Below, one piece after another: positions 46,269 through 55,826 of a DNA stretch of 64,000 nucleotides. Location: the NCBI GenBank assembly GCA_964561135.1, contig CAZLOB010000054.1, forward strand, positions 22,429-86,428, written 5' to 3'. This stretch comes from an uncultured Elusimicrobia bacterium (lineage in GTDB: Bacteria; Elusimicrobiota; Endomicrobiia; DTEH01). The notes below the pieces were generated by a model that was given only the letters and a program-made list of their open reading frames with translations, did no database searches and had not been told where the DNA came from. Each line of letters begins with the position of its first letter. Position 1 is the first letter of the stretch. The position numbers and the translations under genes were made by a program.

Positions 46269-49005
46269 CTATAGTAAAATACAGACAAAATGGTTTATTT
46301 ACATCGAACTGTTGTGCAAAAATTATCTCAAACCGTAAAACGTATGTTTGTAAAACAAAACTGTATAATTTAAACTTTGTACCTAAAGCACTGTAAAATT
46401 TCTGTGTTTCACCATCTAAACCTAAATCAATAAAACATTCTTGATAAAGACTTTTGAAAAACAAATCTGGGAATAAATACCACATGTAATAATTAACATC
46501 ATAAACAAGCGGTATCCTTAATCCTAACCTTAACAAAGCAATTTTAGAAGAAAATAATTCATTCTCTCTTACACCACTAAACCGTTCAGGTCCGCCAAAA
46601 TAAAATTTTTTTACATCTTTACCAAAACTTGCTGCTAACTGTGCCCGTGTAAACAAAGACCAATCTTTCCCTAAATTGAAATAGTTTACAAAATAATACC
46701 TTAAAATACAATAAGAAAAATCGCCATCGTAAAATTTGTCAGAAACATTTATCTGTAACAAACTACTATACCCTTTAACAGGTTCTAAATATTTGCCTAC
46801 AATAGTGTTCACTTCATATCCAAAAGTAATAATATTTTCCCGTAAAGTATAAAATTCTGATGGGGACTCTTTATCTCTCTTATAATAACTAAAAATAATT
46901 CCAACACTTGAAATTCTACTTAATGGATAATAAACACCTAAATCCATTCCTAATAATCTTTTTATTTCATCATTCTGGATATCATAAACACTTTCTGCTA
47001 AAAAGTTTAACAAGATTATTGGCCTCCATCTCAAAAATTCATATTGTATATTAACAGAATAATTTTTATCACCTAACACTATAGATGAAACCGCAGTTTT
47101 ATGTTCGCCAACCATATCTGATCCTTGCCAATATAACAACATAAGCAATCCTTCATACGAAGAATAATATAAAAACGGTAACATCAGATCTGTTGAAAAA
47201 TCAAATTTGTATGGTTTTATTTTCTTTAACGAAACACTTTGAGTTTTATCTATACTATCTTTTGTATCAAAAGGAATTTCAGATAAAAATATCTCATTGT
47301 AAACAAAATCTGATAAGTTGAACAAATAAATATCTTGGTTAAAATTACGATAATAACACAAAAGAACCTTTTCTTTAAAATAATATACATAATTAACTCC
47401 ACCTATAACATTCGTAAGTTTCACAAATTTTATTGGAGAAGAAATATTAACAATAAATAAGTTTTTTACACCATAAAATTTTTTATCATAATTATCGTTA
47501 TAATCACTAATAAACATAATATGTTGGCCATCTAACAACAAAGGGAATTCTTCATCTGATATTGTTGAAGTTACTTGTTGTTCAATATTATTTTGTAGAT
47601 CATACAAAAATACATCTGTCTGCCAAGTCAAAATATCTGCTTTTTCACATTCTAACTCTTTAATATAAACCAATTTTTCATTGTCAAAATATAATTGAGA
47701 AATAAAATTTTTATCTTTTTTAAGTCTAAAAAGTTTTTTATTTTTTATTTCATATTTAAAAATAATACTTTCACAATCCTTAATTCCAACTAAATATACA
47801 TCTTTACCATCAAACGATATATAGCTTGATACAAGTATATCTATATCTTGAACAAAACTTATTTTTTTTAACTTTTTATTATTTATATCAAACAAATATA
47901 AATAACTTTTATTATTTTTTAATCCTATAAAACATAAAATACCATCTTTTGAAACAGAAACACGTGTTGTATCTGTCTGAACAAAATCTATGTTTGTGTC
48001 AAAAACATTTTTTGGAATCAACAATTTTTCTTTACCATTCTTATCTCTAATATAAAACATGTTTTTTCCTTCACGATCACTTAGATATATAATTTTGTCG
48101 TTATACATTACTGGAGAATAATAATGTACTGGATAAATATCATTTTTTGTAATTTTTTTAGATATATCCAAATCTGTCATAGAATTTATTTTTACTTCAT
48201 AATCATAAAAAGTTTGTATTTCTTCAAAAAATTTTTGTTGCAATTTTCTCAAATCCAAACCCAATACAATAGACAACACACTGTTAGCATCAAATTTACT
48301 TTTATATAATTTCAAAATATTAACAAGCCTTTCTTTACCATATTCTGTTTCTATAAATTCCATAAGTTTTGCTGATTGTTCATATGCTGGTAATATCATA
48401 TGTGGTTTTAAATGAGCAAAATTGTGAAGATGTTCTAGCGGTATTAATTTATTCGAAACAGCCATGTCTCTTACTAACATCTCCTGCAATGTTTTTGTAT
48501 ACAACGAAGATTTAAACTCAGCAAGTCCTTCTAACAACCAGTTTGGATAAAAAATTGATTTCAACAACAATGGTGTTCTCCATACACCTGAGTATAAAAT
48601 GTTAAATTGTATCTCATGTATAAGTTCATGACAAATAACATGTTGTAAAAATTTCATTGAACCAGTATAGGGTACAAGAAATCGATTTTTAAACGCTTCA
48701 GTAACACCACCTGTTTGTTCAGTAACATCTACGATTCTATTTTGTAAAAATTGTTGGTATCCATAATAAACAAAAAATGGTATTTTGTAATCAAATTTGA
48801 TATCAAAATATTCTGTGTTTTGAACAAACATTTCTTCTAAAATTTGTTCTATTTGTGTTAATACTCTTTCAAGTTTTTTTTCAGAATAATAAATATCAAA
48901 ATTATCAGTTGAATAAATTTTATAATTAAATATATCAGTTTTTACAGCACTATATAAGGAAACAATAAAAAATGTAAAAAAAACAAAAAATTTATATGTT
49001 TTCAT
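46255..49005 (-). CDS. Large secreted protein with an N-terminal HExxH zinc-metallopeptidase-like domain followed by WD40/TolB-like beta-propeller repeats
   Basis: 916 aa. It has a signal peptide and HVICHELIHEIQ...NWLLEGLAEF (HExxH...E). The central repeats resemble TolB-like blades (IYLSDREGKNMFYI). The C-terminal third is beta-rich. Confidence 0.4.
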   Translation of the reverse strand: MKTYKFFVFFTFFIVSLYSAVKTDIFNYKIYSTDNFDIYYSEKKLERVLTQIEQILEEMFVQNTEYFDIKFDYKIPFFVYYGYQQFLQNRIVDVTEQTGGVTEAFKNRFLVPYTGSMKFLQHVICHELIHEIQFNILYSGVWRTPLLLKSIFYPNWLLEGLAEFKSSLYTKTLQEMLVRDMAVSNKLIPLEHLHNFAHLKPHMILPAYEQSAKLMEFIETEYGKERLVNILKLYKSKFDANSVLSIVLGLDLRKLQQKFFEEIQTFYDYEVKINSMTDLDISKKITKNDIYPVHYYSPVMYNDKIIYLSDREGKNMFYIRDKNGKEKLLIPKNVFDTNIDFVQTDTTRVSVSKDGILCFIGLKNNKSYLYLFDINNKKLKKISFVQDIDILVSSYISFDGKDVYLVGIKDCESIIFKYEIKNKKLFRLKKDKNFISQLYFDNEKLVYIKELECEKADILTWQTDVFLYDLQNNIEQQVTSTISDEEFPLLLDGQHIMFISDYNDNYDKKFYGVKNLFIVNISSPIKFVKLTNVIGGVNYVYYFKEKVLLCYYRNFNQDIYLFNLSDFVYNEIFLSEIPFDTKDSIDKTQSVSLKKIKPYKFDFSTDLMLPFLYYSSYEGLLMLLYWQGSDMVGEHKTAVSSIVLGDKNYSVNIQYEFLRWRPIILLNFLAESVYDIQNDEIKRLLGMDLGVYYPLSRISSVGIIFSYYKRDKESPSEFYTLRENIITFGYEVNTIVGKYLEPVKGYSSLLQINVSDKFYDGDFSYCILRYYFVNYFNLGKDWSLFTRAQLAASFGKDVKKFYFGGPERFSGVRENELFSSKIALLRLGLRIPLVYDVNYYMWYLFPDLFFKSLYQECFIDLGLDGETQKFYSALGTKFKLYSFVLQTYVLRFEIIFAQQFDVNKPFCLYFTIVGGI

Positions 49006-49010
49006 ATAAT

Positions 49011-50105
49011 TTATTCAAAATAAAGTTCTGGATCTAATGCCACAAAATCTTTTCTTAATTCAAAATATAGCTGACCTTTAGAATCTAATTTTGCAATAGT
49101 TTGTCCTTTCTTAACCTTTGCACCTTCATACACTAATATTTCTCCAAGCATACCATATATCGTATGGATATTTTCTTTATGTTCAACAATTATAAGTTTG
49201 CCATAACTACGGAAATTGTTTGAAACAAATAGTACAACACCATCTTCAACAGAAACAACATCGTCATTTGAAAGACCGATTAAAACTACACCATTGCTTA
49301 TAAAACAACTACCATCTTTTTGAATTTGTTGTTTACCAAATTTACGGACAACTTCGCCATTTATCGGTTTTATAAACTTTCTGTCAATTACAATTTGTTG
49401 TTTTCTTCTTTGTTCTTCTTTTTTTAATTTTTTTAACAAATCTTCTAACTCTTTTTGTGTTTTTTGCAACTCAACAATTTCTTTTTCTATTACTCGTTCT
49501 TTCTTTTTATACGACTCTAAAATCTGATTTTTTTTAACAAATAACGATTTTTGTTGATTCTTTTTATCTAAAAGTTCTTTATAATGATCTTCCAACTTCT
49601 TTTTTTGGTAACTGTATTGTTGTTTCAACTTTTCAGAAATGTATATTTTATCTCTTGTTTGCAACAATTCTTTAGTATACTGTTTCAATATATCTTTTTT
49701 AATCCTACGATAAAAATTTTCTTCAAATAATGGCACGGTTAACAAATATTGTTCCACATACTTTACTAACAACATCCGTAATATTCTTGAGAAAAACTCT
49801 TCGTCAGTTGAAAGCAGATCTATTTCTTTCTTAATATCTTCGATCGTATTTTTTGTTTGTTCAATCTTTAACTCTATATTTTTCTTTTCGTTATCTAGTT
49901 TTTTAATTTGCTGTTCAATTATTTTAAGTTCTTTTGCTAAATCTTTTTGGCGTGTTTCATACAATTGTTTTTGTTGAACTTTCTGTTGAATAGTTTTACT
50001 AACTTCATCAAGTTTTTTTTGCGTCTGTTTAATTTTGGTGCAAAAAGATAAAGAATAAAAAAATTCTATAACTAAAAGAATAGTGCAAATCCTTCTGATA
50101 ACCAT
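49011..50105 (-). CDS. Murein hydrolase activator EnvC-like protein (coiled coil plus catalytically degenerate LytM/M23 domain)
   Basis: 364 aa. It has a signal/anchor and about 220 aa of coiled coil. The C-terminal LytM domain retains SYGKLIIVEH but lacks the HxxxD and HxH metal ligands (it has SNGVVL and QLYFELR instead). Confidence 0.6.
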   Translation of the reverse strand: MVIRRICTILLVIEFFYSLSFCTKIKQTQKKLDEVSKTIQQKVQQKQLYETRQKDLAKELKIIEQQIKKLDNEKKNIELKIEQTKNTIEDIKKEIDLLSTDEEFFSRILRMLLVKYVEQYLLTVPLFEENFYRRIKKDILKQYTKELLQTRDKIYISEKLKQQYSYQKKKLEDHYKELLDKKNQQKSLFVKKNQILESYKKKERVIEKEIVELQKTQKELEDLLKKLKKEEQRRKQQIVIDRKFIKPINGEVVRKFGKQQIQKDGSCFISNGVVLIGLSNDDVVSVEDGVVLFVSNNFRSYGKLIIVEHKENIHTIYGMLGEILVYEGAKVKKGQTIAKLDSKGQLYFELRKDFVALDPELYFE

Positions 50106-50109
50106 TTGT

Positions 50110-50838
50110 TTAAAAATTTTCGTCCACTACTTTAAAATTTTGTAAAATACAAAATAGATATATCATTATAAAAATAAAAACCGTAAATAAATCAAACTTA
50201 ATCAATTCAGACATTACAATTAAGTTAATAAATTTTTTGTTAAACAACATAATAATGGAATACAAAATAGTAAACAACAACACTATAGCAAAATTTGTCT
50301 GTAAGTTTTTAGTGTTAAAAAGATAAAATATTATAGTTAACACAACAAAAATAAAAACAATTTTGTATACTAAAACTACAACAGGTTTTAACTCTTCTAT
50401 ACGATCAAGATAAGATTTCATATTATAATCAAATAAACTCTGTTTTACATACGATGTTAAATTCATAGCTTTAACCAAGTCCTCAAACTCTTTTTTTGAA
50501 TAATTTTCTATTTTTACTTTTATTACATCAGAAAACGGATTCTGTTTCAAAACATTCAACACAACAGCAAGCTCTTCTTTTTGTCTAACTTCATCAAAAA
50601 TCTGTTGTTTCGTAATATAAGACACTTCTTTAAGTTTTAATTTTTTAAAATCAGTTTTCAAAACTTCTAAGACATTTTCAACTATAGCATCCTCAGATAA
50701 TACAAAATGTAAAACAAATTTATCTACTAATTTATTTTCTACCCATTGGAACAAATTATATATATCAAACATTATAACAAAAAAAATTGCTAATATAACA
50801 CTAACAAAAAATTTTGCTAAATCAATAAAAACTTTCAT
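50110..50838 (-). CDS. FtsX-like permease-family membrane protein (candidate partner of the EnvC-like protein)
   Basis: 242 aa. It has TM1, a soluble loop of about 110 aa, then three TM helices, which is an FtsX-like topology. It is immediately upstream of the EnvC-like gene. No FtsE is adjacent. Confidence 0.4.
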   Translation of the reverse strand: MKVFIDLAKFFVSVILAIFFVIMFDIYNLFQWVENKLVDKFVLHFVLSEDAIVENVLEVLKTDFKKLKLKEVSYITKQQIFDEVRQKEELAVVLNVLKQNPFSDVIKVKIENYSKKEFEDLVKAMNLTSYVKQSLFDYNMKSYLDRIEELKPVVVLVYKIVFIFVVLTIIFYLFNTKNLQTNFAIVLLFTILYSIIMLFNKKFINLIVMSELIKFDLFTVFIFIMIYLFCILQNFKVVDENF

Positions 50839-50846
50839 TTTTTTCC

Positions 50847-51821
50847 TTAAAACAAACTTATAAAATTTCTCAAAACCAAAGTTTTGTATTCTTTAATTTT
50901 GTTCATTTCAGGATAAAAAATATTTCCTTGTATAGAAAAATTTTTTTGTCCCAAAAAAGACAAAGAAATTGGTCCTATCATAAACATAGATTTTATCATT
51001 TTTTTAACTTTTTCTTCTTCGGATATACAAATAAAAGGTTTGCATAAAACAGCTGCAATAATTACTCCATGTAATCTTGATGTTATTATTAAATCTATAT
51101 CTGAAAAAATGTTTCTATAATTTCCAACTTTATCCCAAACTCTAATTACACCATTATTTATCCTACTTAAAAGTTTTAAACAAAAAGGATAATCTTCTTC
51201 AACATGAAACGGAATAAACACTATCCTATATTGTTTTGACAAAACTTCACACATTGTTTTTAATATCTCAAAATCTTTTATTTGTTTAACAATCATTCCA
51301 ATTGTATTCACTGTTTCCGAAACAAAAACTTTTTCTTCTTCAAAATCATATATACATATATCAGGACAAAACTTTGCTTTTTTACTATATTTTAAATCAT
51401 CTTTATTCCTAACAAAAATATTGTCAGCAAAAAAATTTAATATAGATACAACAAAACTTTTTGGTATTTTTTTAACATCAATCTCTGTGTTTAATACAAA
51501 AATTTTTTTGTTAAAAATTTTTGCAAGAAACAAGATTAATAGATAATATAACAAACTTAACCTACTTGTCTTATCTTGGAACAAACCGCCTAACGAAACA
51601 ACTGTGTCTACTTGAGATATAGATTTAAGAATTTCTATAAAATCCCATCTTGGAATATAGGTAACATTTTCTTCAACTGTTATTTTTTCTTTAATGTTAT
51701 ATAAAACGAAAAAATTTTTTCTTTCAGCAGATATATTCAATAACTTAATAGATGTTTTCAACAACCATTCGTCACCGAAATTGTTAAACCCAAAATAACC
51801 AAACAATAAAACTTTTCTCAT
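50847..51821 (-). CDS. Polysaccharide pyruvyl transferase family protein (CsaB-like)
   Basis: 324 aa. The N-terminus LLFGYFGFNNFGDEWLL matches the GxYGxxNxGDE signature of PF04230. Confidence 0.5.
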   Translation of the reverse strand: MRKVLLFGYFGFNNFGDEWLLKTSIKLLNISAERKNFFVLYNIKEKITVEENVTYIPRWDFIEILKSISQVDTVVSLGGLFQDKTSRLSLLYYLLILFLAKIFNKKIFVLNTEIDVKKIPKSFVVSILNFFADNIFVRNKDDLKYSKKAKFCPDICIYDFEEEKVFVSETVNTIGMIVKQIKDFEILKTMCEVLSKQYRIVFIPFHVEEDYPFCLKLLSRINNGVIRVWDKVGNYRNIFSDIDLIITSRLHGVIIAAVLCKPFICISEEEKVKKMIKSMFMIGPISLSFLGQKNFSIQGNIFYPEMNKIKEYKTLVLRNFISLF

Positions 51822-51826
51822 TTATT

Positions 51827-53275
51827 TTATGACATAAAAATTAAACAAATTTTCCCAATAAACCAGCCTAAAATAACACCAACAATACTTCGTAAAACAC
51901 ATATCCATACCGGCGTATGAATATGCAGAAAAGTGTTTATTATTGAAACTAACGAAGTTATACTTAAACAAAATAAAAGTTTAGATACTAAACTTTGTTT
52001 AAATTTTTTTAGCAACCATAAAGAGATAACAAACAATGGTTGCGCAAAAAATATTTCTTTAAACCTTGGACGAAACAGAATATATCTTTCTATCAATTCT
52101 CTTAAACCTAACTCAAACTTTAAAACATATTCTTTACTAACATTTCCCATCCTTATTAAAAGATATAAAAAAATTATCAAAATCAAAAAAACAACCAAAA
52201 TCTCTTTTAATGAAACTTTATAGTTAAACAAAAAAATTTTTTCTTCTTTATTAAGAACAACAAAAAAAGAAAGTATAATTGGTGCTGAAAACATTAGTTT
52301 TGTACCATAGACAAAGCTTTCTTTTGCAACATATTCATATTTTTGTAAAAACCCCCAAATTATTATTCCAAAAAGAATCGTTAACAAGTTTATAAAAAAA
52401 TAAACTTTATCTACAGAACTTTGTAAAACAACATTTAATATTTTTTTATACAAAAATAAAGGAAAGAAAATTGAAAATACAACAACAATAAAATTAAAAA
52501 CTTTGTCAATACATAAAGAAGAATATTTTTCAAAAGAAAAATTTTTGTTATTACCAAATTCATTAACCAATTTTTTAACAATTTCAATATTCTTTGTTAA
52601 CTCTTGATATTCAGAAGGAATTATATATACAATAGAACAACTTCGTTCAAAAACTGCTTTTTTAATTTTAAGAAACAAAACAGAAGTCTTATTAACCTCA
52701 ACTTGATTAAAATCGCAAAGAAAAGTTCTTAAAGGAATGAAGTTCAAATGCGCAAAACCAATTTTTACAGCAAAATCTTGTTGTTCAAAATTAAGTTTAA
52801 ACAATTTATTTTGTGATGATAACAAATTTTTTTTTAAAAACTCACAAACTTCGTCTAAGGCAATTTTTCTACCATAAAAATTTTGTTGTAATAAAAAAGC
52901 ATATTTATCAGATCTCAAATAAATTATAGAAAAAATTTTGTCCTTATTTTTATCAATAGCATCTAAGGTTTCATTAACATTATATATCTTTTGGCTAAAT
53001 ATTTTTAATACAAACTTACAATTATTAAAAAATGTCTTATCTTTTATTGAGAGAAAATTTCCAACATCTATTGCAAAAAGGTTAATACCTGCTTTATTAA
53101 ACTCATAAATAATTTTTTGAATATCTTTCTCTGTTAAAATAAAAAAATCAATGTCAACAACAAACGTTGTTTTTTTTCTAATGTACCACTTATACCAACT
53201 CGTGATGTTAAAAATAGATATCAAAATGCAAACAAAGAGCAAAACAAGTATTACAAAAAATAAAATTTTTTTCAT
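51827..53275 (-). CDS. Hypothetical polytopic membrane protein (N-terminal soluble domain plus about 8 TM helices)
   Basis: 482 aa. It overlaps glgA by 4 nt. No motif was recognised. Confidence 0.3.
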   Translation of the reverse strand: MKKILFFVILVLLFVCILISIFNITSWYKWYIRKKTTFVVDIDFFILTEKDIQKIIYEFNKAGINLFAIDVGNFLSIKDKTFFNNCKFVLKIFSQKIYNVNETLDAIDKNKDKIFSIIYLRSDKYAFLLQQNFYGRKIALDEVCEFLKKNLLSSQNKLFKLNFEQQDFAVKIGFAHLNFIPLRTFLCDFNQVEVNKTSVLFLKIKKAVFERSCSIVYIIPSEYQELTKNIEIVKKLVNEFGNNKNFSFEKYSSLCIDKVFNFIVVVFSIFFPLFLYKKILNVVLQSSVDKVYFFINLLTILFGIIIWGFLQKYEYVAKESFVYGTKLMFSAPIILSFFVVLNKEEKIFLFNYKVSLKEILVVFLILIIFLYLLIRMGNVSKEYVLKFELGLRELIERYILFRPRFKEIFFAQPLFVISLWLLKKFKQSLVSKLLFCLSITSLVSIINTFLHIHTPVWICVLRSIVGVILGWFIGKICLIFMS

Positions 53276-54777
53276 TTTTTCTTAATTTTACTCTTTGTTT
53301 TCTTAACTCTCAACTGAATACCTGTAAGTTGAGAATACATTGATAAATATTTGTTAGCAGAGCTTTTCCAAGAAAAATCGTATTTAAACATATTTTTTCT
53401 TAGTTGTGTTAACAGATCTTTATCTTTATAAACTCCTATTGTACTTAAAAGACATTTATAAAAGCTCTCAGCAGTGTAATCTTCAAAAACAAATCCGTTA
53501 CCAGTAAGAGTTGAAATATTAAATTGTTCTACAGTATCAGCAAGGCCGCCAGTTTTGTACACAATTGGTGCGGTAGCATAAGTTATTGCGATCATCTGTC
53601 CTAAACCACAAGGTTCAGAATTTGATGGCATTAAAAAGAAGTCAGATCCAGCATAAATTTTATGTGCTAACGGATTGTTAAACTCTATAAACAACTTAAA
53701 TTTTGTTGGGAACTGTTTTTGTATATTTTCAAGTTGTTGTTGCAAATTTTTGTATCCTTTTCCTAAAATTACAACTTGGACATCATGTTCAGATAAAAAT
53801 TTTGGTAAAACCTGAACAATCAAATCTACACCTTTAAGTGGATCTAACCGAGAAACCATACCATATAAAGGAACATCTTTTTGTTCAAAAGAACAAACTT
53901 GTTGTAGATCTTCTTTACATAACTTTTTGTTTTCCAAAGTTTTTTCATTAAAATTTGCTTTTATAAAAACATCTGTTTCAGGATTCCATTCAGAATAATC
54001 TATTCCGTTTAGTATGCCTATAAGTTTTCCCTCAGAGGCACGTTTTGCAAGAATTCCTTCAAGTCCTCTTCCTTCAGAATGTAAACTTGATATCATCTTT
54101 GCATAAGTTGGTGATACTGTAGTTACCATATCAGCAAAAACAATCCCTGCTTTCATAAAATTTATCTTTCCATAATATTCAAGTTTCTCAGGGACAAAAT
54201 CATGCCATGAAAAACCAGCAACAAAATGTATCTCAGCACTATACAACCCTTGATATGCTATGTTATGTATCGTGTAGACAGTTTTTGTATTTTGAAAAAA
54301 AGCATCTATTCTATATAATGTTTTTAAATATGCTGGAACCAAACCCGTCTGCATATCATGACAATGTATTATATCAGGTTGAAAATCAACAGCTTTTGCA
54401 GTTTCTAGCACAGCTTTGCTAAAAAATATAAATCTTAACGCATTATCAGGATAATCACCTTCTTCAGTAGCATAAACTTCTTCTCTGTCAAAAAACTTTT
54501 GATTCTCTACAAAATACACTTGTAGATTGTTTAACTTTGTTGTCCAAATATGTCCTTCAATATATTCTTGTCCAACTGGTATTAAAACTTTTAATCCAAG
54601 GTTTTTAAGTTTAAATTTCTCTCTATCAATTTTTTTATGTAACGGAATAACAATTTTTACATTAACTCCTAACTCTTTTAATACTTTTGGTAAACTGCCG
54701 ACAACATCAGCTAATCCACCAACTTTTACAAATGGTGTACATTCAAAACTTGCAAATAAAACTTTCATTTGCATCAC
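53272..54777 (-). CDS. glgA: Glycogen/starch synthase (GT5)
   Basis: 501 aa. The N-terminus is MKVLFASFECTPFVKVGGLADVVGSLPK (KxGGL motif). A GT-B C-terminal domain is present. Confidence 0.85.
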   Translation of the reverse strand: MMQMKVLFASFECTPFVKVGGLADVVGSLPKVLKELGVNVKIVIPLHKKIDREKFKLKNLGLKVLIPVGQEYIEGHIWTTKLNNLQVYFVENQKFFDREEVYATEEGDYPDNALRFIFFSKAVLETAKAVDFQPDIIHCHDMQTGLVPAYLKTLYRIDAFFQNTKTVYTIHNIAYQGLYSAEIHFVAGFSWHDFVPEKLEYYGKINFMKAGIVFADMVTTVSPTYAKMISSLHSEGRGLEGILAKRASEGKLIGILNGIDYSEWNPETDVFIKANFNEKTLENKKLCKEDLQQVCSFEQKDVPLYGMVSRLDPLKGVDLIVQVLPKFLSEHDVQVVILGKGYKNLQQQLENIQKQFPTKFKLFIEFNNPLAHKIYAGSDFFLMPSNSEPCGLGQMIAITYATAPIVYKTGGLADTVEQFNISTLTGNGFVFEDYTAESFYKCLLSTIGVYKDKDLLTQLRKNMFKYDFSWKSSANKYLSMYSQLTGIQLRVKKTKSKIKKK

Positions 54778-54825
54778 TCCTTTCTTTTATCTATTGTAGC
54801 CAATATTTAAATATCGGCTGCGTCT

Positions 54826-55824
54826 TTATCTTACTTTTATTTCTCGTAAAAATTTTGCATTTTCTTCCGGTATAGATGAGTTAATAGACATACCGGTACC
54901 TATCTCAAACCCAGCTGTTTTTATTAACCTCGGCATTATTGTTATATACCAATGGTAATACTCTTTACCTTTTTCATTCACTGGTACACTTCGTATTACA
55001 AAATTGTAGTCAGGGTTATCAAGGCCATAATAAAGTTTTGACAATGTAAGTTTAAGATTTTTAGCTAAATCAGTAATTTCTTCATCTGTGATATCTCCAA
55101 AAGATTCTGTATGCCTTCTTGGTAAAACCCACATATGAAACGGTGCTAACGCAGCATAGGGAACAAATGAAACAAAATGTCCTGTTTCAACAACGATACG
55201 TTCTTGTAACTTTAATTCTTCTTCTAACATATAACAAAACACACATCTACCTGTCTCATCATAGTATCTCATTGCTTCTTCAATTCTATATCTTATATGA
55301 AACGGTACAACAGGTATAGCAATAAGTTGTGAATGAGGATGCTCAATAGAAGCCCCTGCTTGTTCACCATAGTTTCTAAAAATAATTATCATTTTTATTC
55401 TTTTATCTTTTTCAGCAGCGTTATATCTTTCTTTATAAACCCTTACAATCTGTTCAATATCTCTTTCAGGCATAAGTGCTAACAAATGGTTATGTTTTGC
55501 TGATTCTATTATAACTTCTGCACAACCAACACCTGACACAAATCTTTTTATCCCTTCAGATTTAAACTCAACAGTCCCTTCATAGACAACAGCTGGGTAT
55601 TTGTTTGGTATAACCCTTATTTTCCAATTCCCCATATCATCATTTACAACAAACACTTCATATGGTGTCATATGTTCATTCCCTGGACAAAACGGGCATG
55701 TTTCAGATCGCTCAGGCAAAATTTTCTTTTCTTTTTTTGTTATAAAATCTTCGGGACGTTTTGCACGTTCTGTTGATATAACAACCCATTCTTTAGTAGC
55801 TATATTTTGTCTTATCTCAGGCAT
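54826..55824 (-). CDS. galT: Galactose-1-phosphate uridylyltransferase family (GalT, HIT superfamily)
   Basis: 332 aa. It has the zinc motif CPFCPGNE and the active-site HPHSQ (HxHxQ). Confidence 0.75.
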   Translation of the reverse strand: MPEIRQNIATKEWVVISTERAKRPEDFITKKEKKILPERSETCPFCPGNEHMTPYEVFVVNDDMGNWKIRVIPNKYPAVVYEGTVEFKSEGIKRFVSGVGCAEVIIESAKHNHLLALMPERDIEQIVRVYKERYNAAEKDKRIKMIIIFRNYGEQAGASIEHPHSQLIAIPVVPFHIRYRIEEAMRYYDETGRCVFCYMLEEELKLQERIVVETGHFVSFVPYAALAPFHMWVLPRRHTESFGDITDEEITDLAKNLKLTLSKLYYGLDNPDYNFVIRSVPVNEKGKEYYHWYITIMPRLIKTAGFEIGTGMSINSSIPEENAKFLREIKVR

Positions 55825-55826
55825 AT

